A DNA stretch of 46,903 nucleotides. Source: Gammaproteobacteria bacterium (GTDB lineage Bacteria > Pseudomonadota > Gammaproteobacteria > Nitrosococcales > Methylophagaceae). The first letter of the stretch is position 1. Every line of letters starts with the position of its first letter. This document shows, one piece after another, positions 21,991 to 31,123 of this stretch. Both the position numbers and the translations under genes were made by a program. The notes beneath the pieces are model-generated. The model saw nothing but the letters and a program-made list of their open reading frames with translations. It was not told the DNA's origin and searched no databases. Location: positions 1 through 46,903 of the forward strand of contig JAMDEF010000020.1 of NCBI GenBank assembly GCA_023488305.1. The letters are read 5' to 3'.

Positions 21991-23154
21991 ATGATTAGTC
22001 GTTTATTTATCGGTTTGGCTAGTAGTTTATTAGTACTTCCAGTCGGTGCAACCACCTTTGAATTGGCTGATGAGGAAACGCGTGTCATCGGGCACAACCT
22101 CGTTGTTTACAGTCGTCACGAAGACACATTATTAGATATTGGTCGTAGATTTGATTTGGGTTACACCGAGATGACGGCAGCCAACCCCAATCTGGATCCC
22201 TGGTTGCCAGGTGATAACAAACCAGTATTAATTCCAAACAAATTCATTTTGCCGGATGCGCCGCACAAAGGCGTTGTGATTAATATCCCGGAAATGCGGT
22301 TATTTTATTATCCGCCAAAACAGGCCAATCAATTACAACAAGTCATGACTTATCCGATTGGTATTGGTCGTGAAGGGCGTGATACACCGTTAGGTAAATT
22401 ATCGATTATTCAAAAACGCGAAAATCCTTCCTGGACCCCACCTGAATCTGTACGTAGAGAACATGCAGCAGCCGGTGATATCCTGCCAGCGGTCGTTCCA
22501 CCTGGTCCGGATAATCCATTGGGAACGCGCGCAATGCGTTTATCCAATCCAAGTTATCTGATTCATGGAACCGCCAAACCTTATGGTGTGGGTTTACGTG
22601 TTAGCAGTGGCTGTATTCGTATGTATCCAGAAGATATTGAATATCTATACAGTCTGGTGCCAATGAATACTCAGGTAAATATTCTTCATCAACCTTATAA
22701 AGCAGCTGTTTCAAATGGTAAATTATATTTAGAAGCACATGAACCGATTCCTGAGATGTACAAAGAAGTCAGTGGCAACATGACGCCAATGATTCAAGCG
22801 GTTTTAAACGCTCAAGACTCGATGTTATCAGAACAGGATTGGCCGTTTGCGGAAGAGATTGTGATGACGACTCATGGAGTGGTTAAGCAGCTTAATCAGC
22901 AGGAAGAAAAGATTGTTGATAATGTCTGGTTTGTGCATGGTGGCTTACAATTAAACACTGGCGCAAAAATGCGTAAAGCATTACAAGATTTAAACATGCA
23001 GGACAAATTCTGGCCATTAAGAAATAAAGCGATAAACGAAGTGGTCGTAGGACCATTTGAAAATTTGGAAGCTGCGCGCGAAGCGGCGGATAAAATTTCG
23101 GCTGCAGCGGGGATTCCGGTCTGGCCTGCGCATTTATCAGAAGAAATGTTTTAA
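21991..23154 (+). CDS. L,D-transpeptidase (ErfK/YcfS/YnhG type) with C-terminal SPOR-like extension
   Basis: Signal peptide, LysM-like region, VINIPEMRLFYY, GPDNPLG, IHGT...SSGCIRM; tail VVVGPFENLEAAREAADKI. Confidence 0.92.
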   Translation: MISRLFIGLASSLLVLPVGATTFELADEETRVIGHNLVVYSRHEDTLLDIGRRFDLGYTEMTAANPNLDPWLPGDNKPVLIPNKFILPDAPHKGVVINIPEMRLFYYPPKQANQLQQVMTYPIGIGREGRDTPLGKLSIIQKRENPSWTPPESVRREHAAAGDILPAVVPPGPDNPLGTRAMRLSNPSYLIHGTAKPYGVGLRVSSGCIRMYPEDIEYLYSLVPMNTQVNILHQPYKAAVSNGKLYLEAHEPIPEMYKEVSGNMTPMIQAVLNAQDSMLSEQDWPFAEEIVMTTHGVVKQLNQQEEKIVDNVWFVHGGLQLNTGAKMRKALQDLNMQDKFWPLRNKAINEVVVGPFENLEAAREAADKISAAAGIPVWPAHLSEEMF

Positions 23155-23176
23155 CAAATTTACAAACTGCAGAACC

Positions 23177-23208
23177 AAAAAAGCCGGGATATTAATCCCG
23201 GCTTTTTT
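23177..23208. terminator. Bidirectional terminator between the L,D-transpeptidase and lipoprotein genes
   Basis: AAAAAAGCCGGGAT-ATTA-ATCCCGGCTTTTTT. Confidence 0.92.
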
Positions 23209-23240
23209 GTTTTGAAGCTATGAAAAAATAATTATTTAAA

Positions 23241-23540
23241 TTATTTGCTCATTGCTTTTTCAAACATACGATCGATTTTTGCACAGCAAGCATCAACTTG
23301 TGCTTGTGCATCTTCAGCCGCTTTTTGTGCATTTGTTGCAGCTAATTCAGCGTCAGAAGCAGTACGTTGTGCAGTATCAGCAGTACTTTGCGCGTTGCGA
23401 GCTGCAACTAAAGCAGAATCAGCTGTTGATTGTGCAGATTCTACTGAACCTTTTAATGCTTCCATTTCAGCAGTATTTGCACATGCAGTCAGTAATGCCA
23501 AAGGCAGGATAACGGCGCTCAGTTTAGCTAATGATTTCAT
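23241..23540 (-). CDS. Lpp/OprI-family alanine-zipper lipoprotein
   Basis: AAGGAG SD, lipobox LLTAC, Ala-rich heptads, C-terminus IDRMFEKAMSK ending in Lys. Confidence 0.9.
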   Translation of the reverse strand: MKSLAKLSAVILPLALLTACANTAEMEALKGSVESAQSTADSALVAARNAQSTADTAQRTASDAELAATNAQKAAEDAQAQVDACCAKIDRMFEKAMSK

Positions 23541-23676
23541 TTGTATCTCCTTAAAGTGTACTAGGGTTTGGTAGCATTTCCATTTCGTTTGTAAATGCAA
23601 GCCTGGCAAAAGGCTAGCAGGAAATATTTATGCTGTCTATTGTCACAAATTTAAACTGCGAATTAGTGACGATAGT

Positions 23677-23685
23677 TGGTATAAT
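23677..23685 (+). promoter_or_regulatory. Extended -10 promoter element for suhB
   Basis: TGGTATAAT 80 nt upstream of suhB. Confidence 0.55.
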
Positions 23686-23765
23686 TATGCTCTCTTTTTT
23701 TGTACGGGAATAGTATCTGACTATTTCTGTCGCATTCTTTTTTTTGCTCTGGAAAAATTTGTTCT

Positions 23766-24560
23766 ATGCATCCAATGCTGAATATAGCCGTACGTGCGGC
23801 TCGTCAGGCAGGTAGCCTGATTATGCGCTCTTTACAACATGTCGATCATTTGGAAATTACCGCTAAAGGATTGAATGATTTTGTTACCGATGTTGACCGT
23901 CTTGCGGAACAGGAAATCATCAACACCATTAAAAAATCTTATCCTGACCACGCCATTATGGCGGAAGAGTCCGGTGAAACAGGTCAAAACGATGTGGTCT
24001 GGATTATCGACCCATTGGATGGAACAACAAATTATCTGCACGGTTTTCCGCATTATTGCGTATCGATTGGTGTGATGGTCAAAGGCCGTATTGACCATGC
24101 TGTGGTTTTCGACCCGATGCGTGATGAATTGTTTACTGCAAGCCGTGGTGAAGGTGCCAAGCTCAATGATCGCCGTCTGCGTGTCACTAAACGCAAAGAT
24201 CTCAATGGTGCGCTGATTGCCACAGGATTCCCTTTCAAATATCCGCAACATATTGATGTTTATATGCAGATGTTTGCGGCTGTGTTTCCACAAGTGGCGG
24301 ATATTCGTCGTGCCGGTTCGGCAGCATTGGATTTAGCCTATGTTGCAGCTGGTCGAGTGGATGGTTACTGGGAAATTGGACTGGAAAACTGGGATTTAGC
24401 AGCCGGTAAATTGTTAGTGGAAGAAGCGGGTGGTTCGGTGACGAATTTTACCGGCGGTGACAAGGTTTTGGATAAAGGGCACATAATTGCGGGCAACTTA
24501 TCGATCCATGCTCATCTGCAAAAAAGTATTACCCCGTTTGTGTCGGGTAACCTGAAGTGA
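23766..24560 (+). CDS. suhB: Inositol monophosphatase / Nus factor SuhB
   Basis: MHPMLNIAVRAAR, WIIDPLDGTTNY, GSAALDLAYVAAGR, WDLAAG. Confidence 0.96.
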   Translation: MHPMLNIAVRAARQAGSLIMRSLQHVDHLEITAKGLNDFVTDVDRLAEQEIINTIKKSYPDHAIMAEESGETGQNDVVWIIDPLDGTTNYLHGFPHYCVSIGVMVKGRIDHAVVFDPMRDELFTASRGEGAKLNDRRLRVTKRKDLNGALIATGFPFKYPQHIDVYMQMFAAVFPQVADIRRAGSAALDLAYVAAGRVDGYWEIGLENWDLAAGKLLVEEAGGSVTNFTGGDKVLDKGHIIAGNLSIHAHLQKSITPFVSGNLK

Positions 24561-24565
24561 TTGAG

Positions 24566-24586
24566 GTCCCCACCGGGACATTTTTT
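24566..24586 (+). terminator. Weak terminator between suhB and typA
   Basis: GTCCC-CACC-GGGAC followed by ATTTTTT. Confidence 0.45.
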
Positions 24587-24624
24587 AACAGCGCATGCCA
24601 GACATGCCTTAATGAACTGATTTT

Positions 24625-26457
24625 ATGAGTAATAATTCTAGAGATATAAACAAACTGCGTAACATAGCCATCATCGCTCACGTCGATCACGGCAAAACAA
24701 CTTTGGTTGATCAGCTGCTGCGTCAGTCCGGTACCTTCAGTGAACATGAAGAGCTGCAAGAACGGGTGATGGACTCCAACGATTTGGAACGTGAGCGTGG
24801 TATCACCATACTTTCCAAAAATACTGCTATTCGCTGGAATGATTACCGCATCAATATCGTCGATACACCGGGCCATGCTGATTTTGGTGGTGAAGTTGAA
24901 CGTGTTCTGTCTATGGTTGATTCCGTATTGTTGCTGGTGGATTCATCAGAAGGCCCAATGCCACAAACCCGTTTTGTAACGCAAAAAGCATTAGCACTGG
25001 GTCTGAAACCAATCGTTGTTATCAACAAGATTGATAAACCAAGTGCTCGCCCAGGCTGGGTATTGGATCAAACATTTGATCTGTTCGCCAATCTGGATGC
25101 TACTGACGAGCAATTAGACTTTGATGTTATCTATGCCTCTGGCTTGAATGGCTTTGCCGGTATGGAAGACACGGTTCGTGATGGTGATATGACGCCTTTA
25201 TTCCAGCTGGTTGTGGATAGAGTGAGTCCTCCTGCCGTTGACCCTGAAGGTCCTTTCCGTATGCAGGTGTCTTCACTGGATTACAACAGCTATGTTGGTG
25301 TTATCGGTATCGGTCGTATCGAGCGCGGTAAAGTCAAAACCAATATGCCAGTCACCGTGATTGACCCTGAAGGTAAAAAACGTAATGGCCGTGTAATGCA
25401 GGTTATGGGCTTTATGGGCTTGCGTCGTGAAGAAGTTGAAGAAGCACATGCCGGCGATATTATTGCGTTTACTGGTCTGGATCCGCTGAATATTTCTGAT
25501 ACGTTGTGTGATCCAAGCGTGGTTGAAGCCTTACCACCATTGAGCGTTGATGAACCGACGGTCACCATGACGTTCCAAGTTAACAACTCTCCCTTTGCTG
25601 GTAAAGAAGGTAAATTTGTTACTACACGTCAGATTAAAGAACGTCTGGATCGTGAGTTAATTCATAACGTGGCTTTAAAAGTTGAACAGCTGGTTGAAGA
25701 TCCCGATAAATTCCGTGTTTCTGGTCGTGGTGAATTACATCTTTCTGTTTTGATCGAAAACATGCGTCGTGAAGGTTTCGAAATGGGTGTATCCCGTCCT
25801 GAAGTTATCATTCGTGAAGTGGACGGTGTTAAGGAAGAACCATACGAAGCCGTAACTATTGATGTTGAAGATACCCACCAAGGTTCGGTGATGGAAAAAA
25901 TGGGTACTCGTGGTGGTGAATTAAAAGATATGTCACCAGATGGTAAAGGCCGAGTGCGTCTCGACTTTATTATTCCGTCACGTGGTTTGATTGGTTTCCG
26001 CACCGAGTTTTTAACTGCCACTCAAGGTACCGGTTTGATTTACAGCGTGTTTGATCATTATGCACCGGTAAAACCAGGGACCTTTGGTAAACGCATTAAT
26101 GGTGTATTGATTGCCAATGGTGTGGGTAAAGCCGTGGCATTTGCCATCTTTAACCTGCAGGATCGTGGTCGCATGTTTATCGGTCATGGCGATGAAGTCT
26201 ATGAAGGTATGGTTATCGGTATTCACTCACGTGATAACGATCTGGTTGTTAACCCGTTAAAAGGTAAACAGCTGACCAATATGCGTGCTTCAGGATCTGA
26301 TGAGGCAGTGGCCTTAGTTCCGCCAATTCGTATGAGTTTGGAACAGGCGCTGGAATTTATCGGTGAAGATGAATTACTGGAAGTCACGCCTAAATCCATC
26401 AGAGTACGGAAGAAATTCCTGCTGGAGCACGAGCGCAAACGCGCTTCACGCGGCTAG
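24625..26457 (+). CDS. typA: Translational GTPase TypA/BipA
   Basis: [56 protein letters not shown]. Confidence 0.98.
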   Translation: MSNNSRDINKLRNIAIIAHVDHGKTTLVDQLLRQSGTFSEHEELQERVMDSNDLERERGITILSKNTAIRWNDYRINIVDTPGHADFGGEVERVLSMVDSVLLLVDSSEGPMPQTRFVTQKALALGLKPIVVINKIDKPSARPGWVLDQTFDLFANLDATDEQLDFDVIYASGLNGFAGMEDTVRDGDMTPLFQLVVDRVSPPAVDPEGPFRMQVSSLDYNSYVGVIGIGRIERGKVKTNMPVTVIDPEGKKRNGRVMQVMGFMGLRREEVEEAHAGDIIAFTGLDPLNISDTLCDPSVVEALPPLSVDEPTVTMTFQVNNSPFAGKEGKFVTTRQIKERLDRELIHNVALKVEQLVEDPDKFRVSGRGELHLSVLIENMRREGFEMGVSRPEVIIREVDGVKEEPYEAVTIDVEDTHQGSVMEKMGTRGGELKDMSPDGKGRVRLDFIIPSRGLIGFRTEFLTATQGTGLIYSVFDHYAPVKPGTFGKRINGVLIANGVGKAVAFAIFNLQDRGRMFIGHGDEVYEGMVIGIHSRDNDLVVNPLKGKQLTNMRASGSDEAVALVPPIRMSLEQALEFIGEDELLEVTPKSIRVRKKFLLEHERKRASRG

Positions 26458-26478
26458 TTCTATCGCCAACTGAACAAG

Positions 26479-26511
26479 AAAGGGTATCCTATAACGGATG
26501 CCCTTTTTTTT
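26479..26511 (+). terminator. Terminator after typA
   Basis: AAAGGGTATCC-TATAAC-GGATGCCCTTT followed by a T run. Confidence 0.8.
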
Positions 26512-26521
26512 GAGGTAAACC

Positions 26522-26740
26522 ATGCGAATTTTGCTCCTGCTGGCGATAGGCCTGCTGCTATTTATTATCTTCCGGAATTTATACCGGCAGATAAAAAACG
26601 AAAGACAAATCGAACAAACTGAAAAAATGGTGCGCTGCGAACAATGTGGATTGCATTTGCTGGAACAGGAAGCAATTCAGAAAAATCAGCATTATTTTTG
26701 TACCACAGAGCATCTTGAGGCTTATCAGCATCAAAAATAA
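26522..26740 (+). CDS. PP0621-family small membrane protein with Cys/His motif
   Basis: TM helix, MVRCEQCGLH...YFCTTEH; usual position upstream of pilS. Confidence 0.88.
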   Translation: MRILLLLAIGLLLFIIFRNLYRQIKNERQIEQTEKMVRCEQCGLHLLEQEAIQKNQHYFCTTEHLEAYQHQK

Positions 26741-28335
26741 TGGCTGGCGAATATTTCAGCACCACTAAATCAGAACAAGATCAGGCCTCCTGGCGGGCGC
26801 TAACCTTATTCTCCGGCTACCGTCTGTTTCTGGCGGCCATTTTGTTTGTGGTTTTTTATCTTGAATTAGCTCCAGAATTTATCGGTAACAAATACCCTTT
26901 ATTACATCATTTTGTCAGCCTCAGTTATTTGATGGTGGCTGTACTGCTGATGATATTTTCCAGTCGTCACTGGGGAATATTTGTTACCCAATGCAGCATT
27001 CAGCTGATTATCGACATTATCGCTCTGGCGTTAATTATTCATGCAGCCGGCGGCTTGCAAAGTGGTCTAGGTGCCTTGCTGGTTGTTGTGGTCGTTGCTG
27101 GTGGAGCATTGATTCCAGGTCGTCTTGCAGTGTTTATCGCAGCTATCGCAACCTTATCGGTTCTGCTGGAAGCGGTTTATGCCGAATTGACTGGCGTAGG
27201 CCAAAGTCATTTTGCTCAAGCGGGTATGTTGGGTGCGATATTTTTCATTACGGCACTTTTGGCGCATCTGCTGTCACGCACTATGCAGCGCTCACAAATG
27301 CTGGCAGAGCAACAAGCGCAGGATCTGAATAAACTTGCTAATCTGAATCAGCACATCATCAGTCGTATGCAAGTGGCAGTATTGGTCGTGGATGAGCAGA
27401 GTAGAGTGACATTATGCAATCAATCTGCCGCAAAATTTATGGGTATTGAACATGCGCCGAAAGAATTTTTGCTCAAACAGTATGTGCCAGAATTAGCCGA
27501 TCAAATCTGGCGTTGGAAACAACATTTACCCGATGCATTTGAACCGTTTCAGGCACGGGCAGATTTGCCAGAATTATTGGCCCGTGCCACGCAACTTGAT
27601 TCGGGTGAAGTGTTGGTATTTATCGAAAACACCACCGCGCTTGCTCAGCATGCTCAACAACTAAAACTAGCTTCCTTGGGACGTTTGACGGCGAGTATAG
27701 CGCATGAAATTCGTAATCCATTGAGTGCTATCAGTCATGCGGGCGAATTGTTGGCTGAAACCTTAAGTCATGATGCATCAGTCAGTAAGCTTACCGGCAT
27801 CATTCAGCGCCATAGTGTGCGGATGAACAGTATTATCGAAACCATCTTGGAAATGAGTCGACGCAAGAATGTCGAGCCAAGCGTTGTGGTATTAAGTCCG
27901 TGGCTGGAAAAATTGCTAGAAGAATATTGTGAAATCAAACATATACCACCACAGCAAATTTTATTGACGTCAACAGCCCCACTGGCACGAATCTGTACTG
28001 ATGAAGAGCAATTACATCAAGTGATGTGGAATTTGATTGATAATGCATGGCACTATGCTGATAAAGAGCAGGCTCAACCTATTGAAATCCGTATCACGTT
28101 GCAGTCAGAGGATATCCATATTGATGTTATCGATAATGGCGCAGGTGTGAGTCCTCAAGCCATGCAACATTTGTTTGAGCCGTTTCATTCAGAACGTACA
28201 GGCGGTACCGGTTTAGGATTGTATCTGGCTCGTGAATTATGTCAGGCCAATGGCGCCAGATTAAGTTATCTGCCTGAATTAGGTAGTTGTTTCAGAATCA
28301 GTTATCCACCGCAAAGACAAGAGTTTATTCAATGA
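26740..28335 (+). CDS. pilS: Type IV pilus sensor histidine kinase PilS
   Basis: Six TM helices, YRL motif, KLASLGRLTASIAHEIRNPL, GTGLGLYLARELCQAN. Confidence 0.9.
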   Translation: MAGEYFSTTKSEQDQASWRALTLFSGYRLFLAAILFVVFYLELAPEFIGNKYPLLHHFVSLSYLMVAVLLMIFSSRHWGIFVTQCSIQLIIDIIALALIIHAAGGLQSGLGALLVVVVVAGGALIPGRLAVFIAAIATLSVLLEAVYAELTGVGQSHFAQAGMLGAIFFITALLAHLLSRTMQRSQMLAEQQAQDLNKLANLNQHIISRMQVAVLVVDEQSRVTLCNQSAAKFMGIEHAPKEFLLKQYVPELADQIWRWKQHLPDAFEPFQARADLPELLARATQLDSGEVLVFIENTTALAQHAQQLKLASLGRLTASIAHEIRNPLSAISHAGELLAETLSHDASVSKLTGIIQRHSVRMNSIIETILEMSRRKNVEPSVVVLSPWLEKLLEEYCEIKHIPPQQILLTSTAPLARICTDEEQLHQVMWNLIDNAWHYADKEQAQPIEIRITLQSEDIHIDVIDNGAGVSPQAMQHLFEPFHSERTGGTGLGLYLARELCQANGARLSYLPELGSCFRISYPPQRQEFIQ

Positions 28336-29687
28336 ATCCACAAGCGTTGATTGTCGATGATGAGCCTGACATCCTTGATTTGCTGTCAATGACCTTGTCC
28401 GGCATGTCAATTGATTGTGTGACAGCGGAGAGCATCGCTGAAGCGGAGAGATTGTTGTCACAGCAATCATTTGATTTGTGTTTCACCGATATGCGTTTGC
28501 CGGACGGCGATGGTTTGCAGTTGGTTAAAAGTATTCAAGCTACTCATCCCGAGTTACCCATTGCGGTGATAACAGCGTACGGCAATATGGATTTAGCAGT
28601 CACGGCATTGAAATCAGGTGCGTTTGATTTTGTATCTAAACCATTAAAATTACGGGTTTTACGTGAACTGGTGGAAGCCGCATTAAAACTCTCACCGAAC
28701 AGACCGCATAAAAATGACCGACGCTCGCGTGATCGTTTATTGGGTGAAACCGAGTTAATGCGTGAGTTGCGAGGCAAAGTCGCCAAGTTGGCTCGCAGCC
28801 AGGCACCGGTTTATATCAGTGGTGAGTCCGGAACCGGTAAAGAATTAGTTGCACGTTTAATTCACGATCTGGGTGCAAGATCGGACAAAGCATTTGTACC
28901 GGTTAACTGCGGCGCTATTCCCAACGAGTTAGTAGAAAGCGAATTTTTTGGACATAAAAAAGGTGCTTTCACCGGTGCGGTGGCCGATAAACAGGGTCTG
29001 TTCCAACATGCCGATGGCGGCACCTTGTTTCTGGATGAAGTCGCTGATTTACCCCTGATGATGCAAGTCAAATTATTGCGGGCGATTCAGGAGAAAGCGA
29101 TACGTCCAGTAGGTGGGCACGAAGAAATCAATGTTGATGTCAGGATTTTATCGGCAACGCATAAAAATCTGGCGGAGTGTGTGGATAAGGGAACATTTCG
29201 CCAGGATCTGTTTTATCGACTGAATGTCATTGAGCTGCAGGTGCCGCCCTTAAGAGAACGCAAAGCCGATATACAATTACTGGCTGAACATATTTTGCAA
29301 AATCTGGCTGGTAAAACGCATTCAGTTGTCACCAAGTTAACACCGGAAGCCATTACAGCCCTGCAGCAGTATCCTTTTCCAGGGAACGTGCGAGAGCTGG
29401 AAAATACGCTTGAAAGAGCGTTGACCTGGGCAGAAGGCACACGTATCACCTCTGCTGATTTAATGTTGCCGGTTGCAACACAACCGACAAAAAATATTAT
29501 GTCGATCTCAGCTTTGGTTGAGCCCGAAATCAATCAGGATCTGGAAAGTCATCTTGAAGATCAAGAGCGGGCCATAATCGAAAAAGCCCTTAATGAAACC
29601 CGTTGGAATAAAACGGCTGCCGCTAAACGTCTGGGTATTACTTTCCGTGCGTTACGTTACAAACTAAAAAAACTGGACCTCGAATAA
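28332..29687 (+). CDS. pilR: Sigma54-dependent response regulator PilR
   Basis: Receiver domain, GESGTGKE, GAFTGA, C-terminal RWNKTAAAKRLGITFRALRYKLKKL; ATGA overlap with pilS. Confidence 0.92.
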   Translation: MNPQALIVDDEPDILDLLSMTLSGMSIDCVTAESIAEAERLLSQQSFDLCFTDMRLPDGDGLQLVKSIQATHPELPIAVITAYGNMDLAVTALKSGAFDFVSKPLKLRVLRELVEAALKLSPNRPHKNDRRSRDRLLGETELMRELRGKVAKLARSQAPVYISGESGTGKELVARLIHDLGARSDKAFVPVNCGAIPNELVESEFFGHKKGAFTGAVADKQGLFQHADGGTLFLDEVADLPLMMQVKLLRAIQEKAIRPVGGHEEINVDVRILSATHKNLAECVDKGTFRQDLFYRLNVIELQVPPLRERKADIQLLAEHILQNLAGKTHSVVTKLTPEAITALQQYPFPGNVRELENTLERALTWAEGTRITSADLMLPVATQPTKNIMSISALVEPEINQDLESHLEDQERAIIEKALNETRWNKTAAAKRLGITFRALRYKLKKLDLE

Positions 29688-29693
29688 CTTTCC

Positions 29694-30623
29694 TTAGGCA
29701 GCAGAGGGCTGAACCTGCTCAATAGCTGTGCCATCGTTTAAAAACAAATGGTGATCGGCACCTTCCAGCTTTAAGCTTAATTGCAGAAACAAGTTTTGAT
29801 CAGGGCCGTGAATGGCTCTAACGATATGGCCGATCACAGCACCTTCATTGTCATTAACCGTTTCTCCCACTGCTGGCAGGCTATTTGTGTGTGCCACAGC
29901 GTGAAACAAACGACGTTTTGGCTCGCCCAGATAATGCAGGCGTGCAACCACTTCTTGTCCGGGATAACAGCCTTTACGAAAACTGACCCCACCAACTAAA
30001 TCCAGATTCAACTGTTGTGCGGTAAACAGCTCGCGGCTTTCCGGCAAAATATAAGGTATGCCTGCATTAATTTCATCAATATGCCAACTCGCTTCAGAGG
30101 CAAGCTGCCAACCATTTTCCATTAATGATGCCAGCTCAGAGGCCATCTGGTCAGTCGTTGTAATCAACAATGCGTGGGAGGTTGATGGTAATGCAATAGC
30201 AGAAGATGGTTGAGAATCGCCGAGCAAACCGCACACTTGTAAGTCTTCGCTATGGTCAATAATTTCAACTTTGCTGCGTAATTTAAACATCTGCAGCCGC
30301 TGCGTCAGAAAAGCACATTGGCTTTTGGGTAACACTAACTGGTAACCATCGGGTGTTTTAATCAGTGTAAAAAGCGCCAGCAAACGCCCTTTGGGATTAC
30401 ACATTGCGGTTAGCTGCGAGGTGACTGTATCTAATTGCTTAACATCGTTGGTGAGCAGATTTTGCAGGAAGTTGCTGGCTTCCCCTCCGGTGACCGTGAT
30501 GACGCCAAAGCTGGGTAATGGGATCACAAATTGTTTGTCATCATTCCTTTCTGCGAGTCCGGCAGAAGACTGTTGTTGCAAAATGGATTGATAGTCAGTG
30601 GTCATGAATTTACTCTTAGGCAT
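29694..30623 (-). CDS. ygfZ: Folate-binding Fe-S repair protein YgfZ
   Basis: FLQNLLTNDV, KGCYPGQEVVAR; start may be 30605. Confidence 0.93.
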   Translation of the reverse strand: MPKSKFMTTDYQSILQQQSSAGLAERNDDKQFVIPLPSFGVITVTGGEASNFLQNLLTNDVKQLDTVTSQLTAMCNPKGRLLALFTLIKTPDGYQLVLPKSQCAFLTQRLQMFKLRSKVEIIDHSEDLQVCGLLGDSQPSSAIALPSTSHALLITTTDQMASELASLMENGWQLASEASWHIDEINAGIPYILPESRELFTAQQLNLDLVGGVSFRKGCYPGQEVVARLHYLGEPKRRLFHAVAHTNSLPAVGETVNDNEGAVIGHIVRAIHGPDQNLFLQLSLKLEGADHHLFLNDGTAIEQVQPSAA

Positions 30624-30685
30624 AAGATAGATTTGAGCATGTCATTGTAACGAGTTTGTGGCATTACCGAAAATATGGAATCAAA

Positions 30686-31123
30686 ATGCGAGAAAAAGGA
30701 TTTTTTCTACCACTAAAACCATCAAGATATCTGCTGATTTACAACGTTATGGTGCATTTTCTGGCCGCAGTCAGTGTGTCGTTAATGGCGGTGGAATTCG
30801 TTTTTAAAATATTTTTCGTGTCAGTACTGATATTGAGTTTGCTAGTTCAGCTTTATCACTTAGGTATGATCGGCCGATATTCTAAACGTCCAATTACGTT
30901 AATGAACTCGGATAAGGAATTTTGGCATGTCAGCTACGCGGATGAATCACTCTCTGCTACGTTATCGCTGGAATCTTCATGGATAACACGACTAGCGGTT
31001 ATCCTTAATTTTAAGACGGATACTAATCAACGTTTATCAGTAATTGTGTTGAAAGATGCTGTTGATAAACAACAATATCGACAATTACGAGTACGAATCA
31101 GATTGGCGTTTTTCCAGCGATGA
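30686..31123 (+). CDS. ygfX: YgfX/CptA-like membrane protein
   Basis: LKPSRYL, two TM helices, C-terminal DAVDKQQYRQLRVRIR; lies between ygfZ and nadB. Confidence 0.72.
   Translation: MREKGFFLPLKPSRYLLIYNVMVHFLAAVSVSLMAVEFVFKIFFVSVLILSLLVQLYHLGMIGRYSKRPITLMNSDKEFWHVSYADESLSATLSLESSWITRLAVILNFKTDTNQRLSVIVLKDAVDKQQYRQLRVRIRLAFFQR

Noticed and set aside
23245-23574. 109-aa Ala-rich plus-strand ORF
   Set aside because: Antisense shadow of the lipoprotein gene, which has the SD, lipobox and terminal Lys
30686-31123. Orphan CptA toxin of a toxin-antitoxin pair
   Set aside because: The toxin role of YgfX is disputed; treated as a conserved membrane protein
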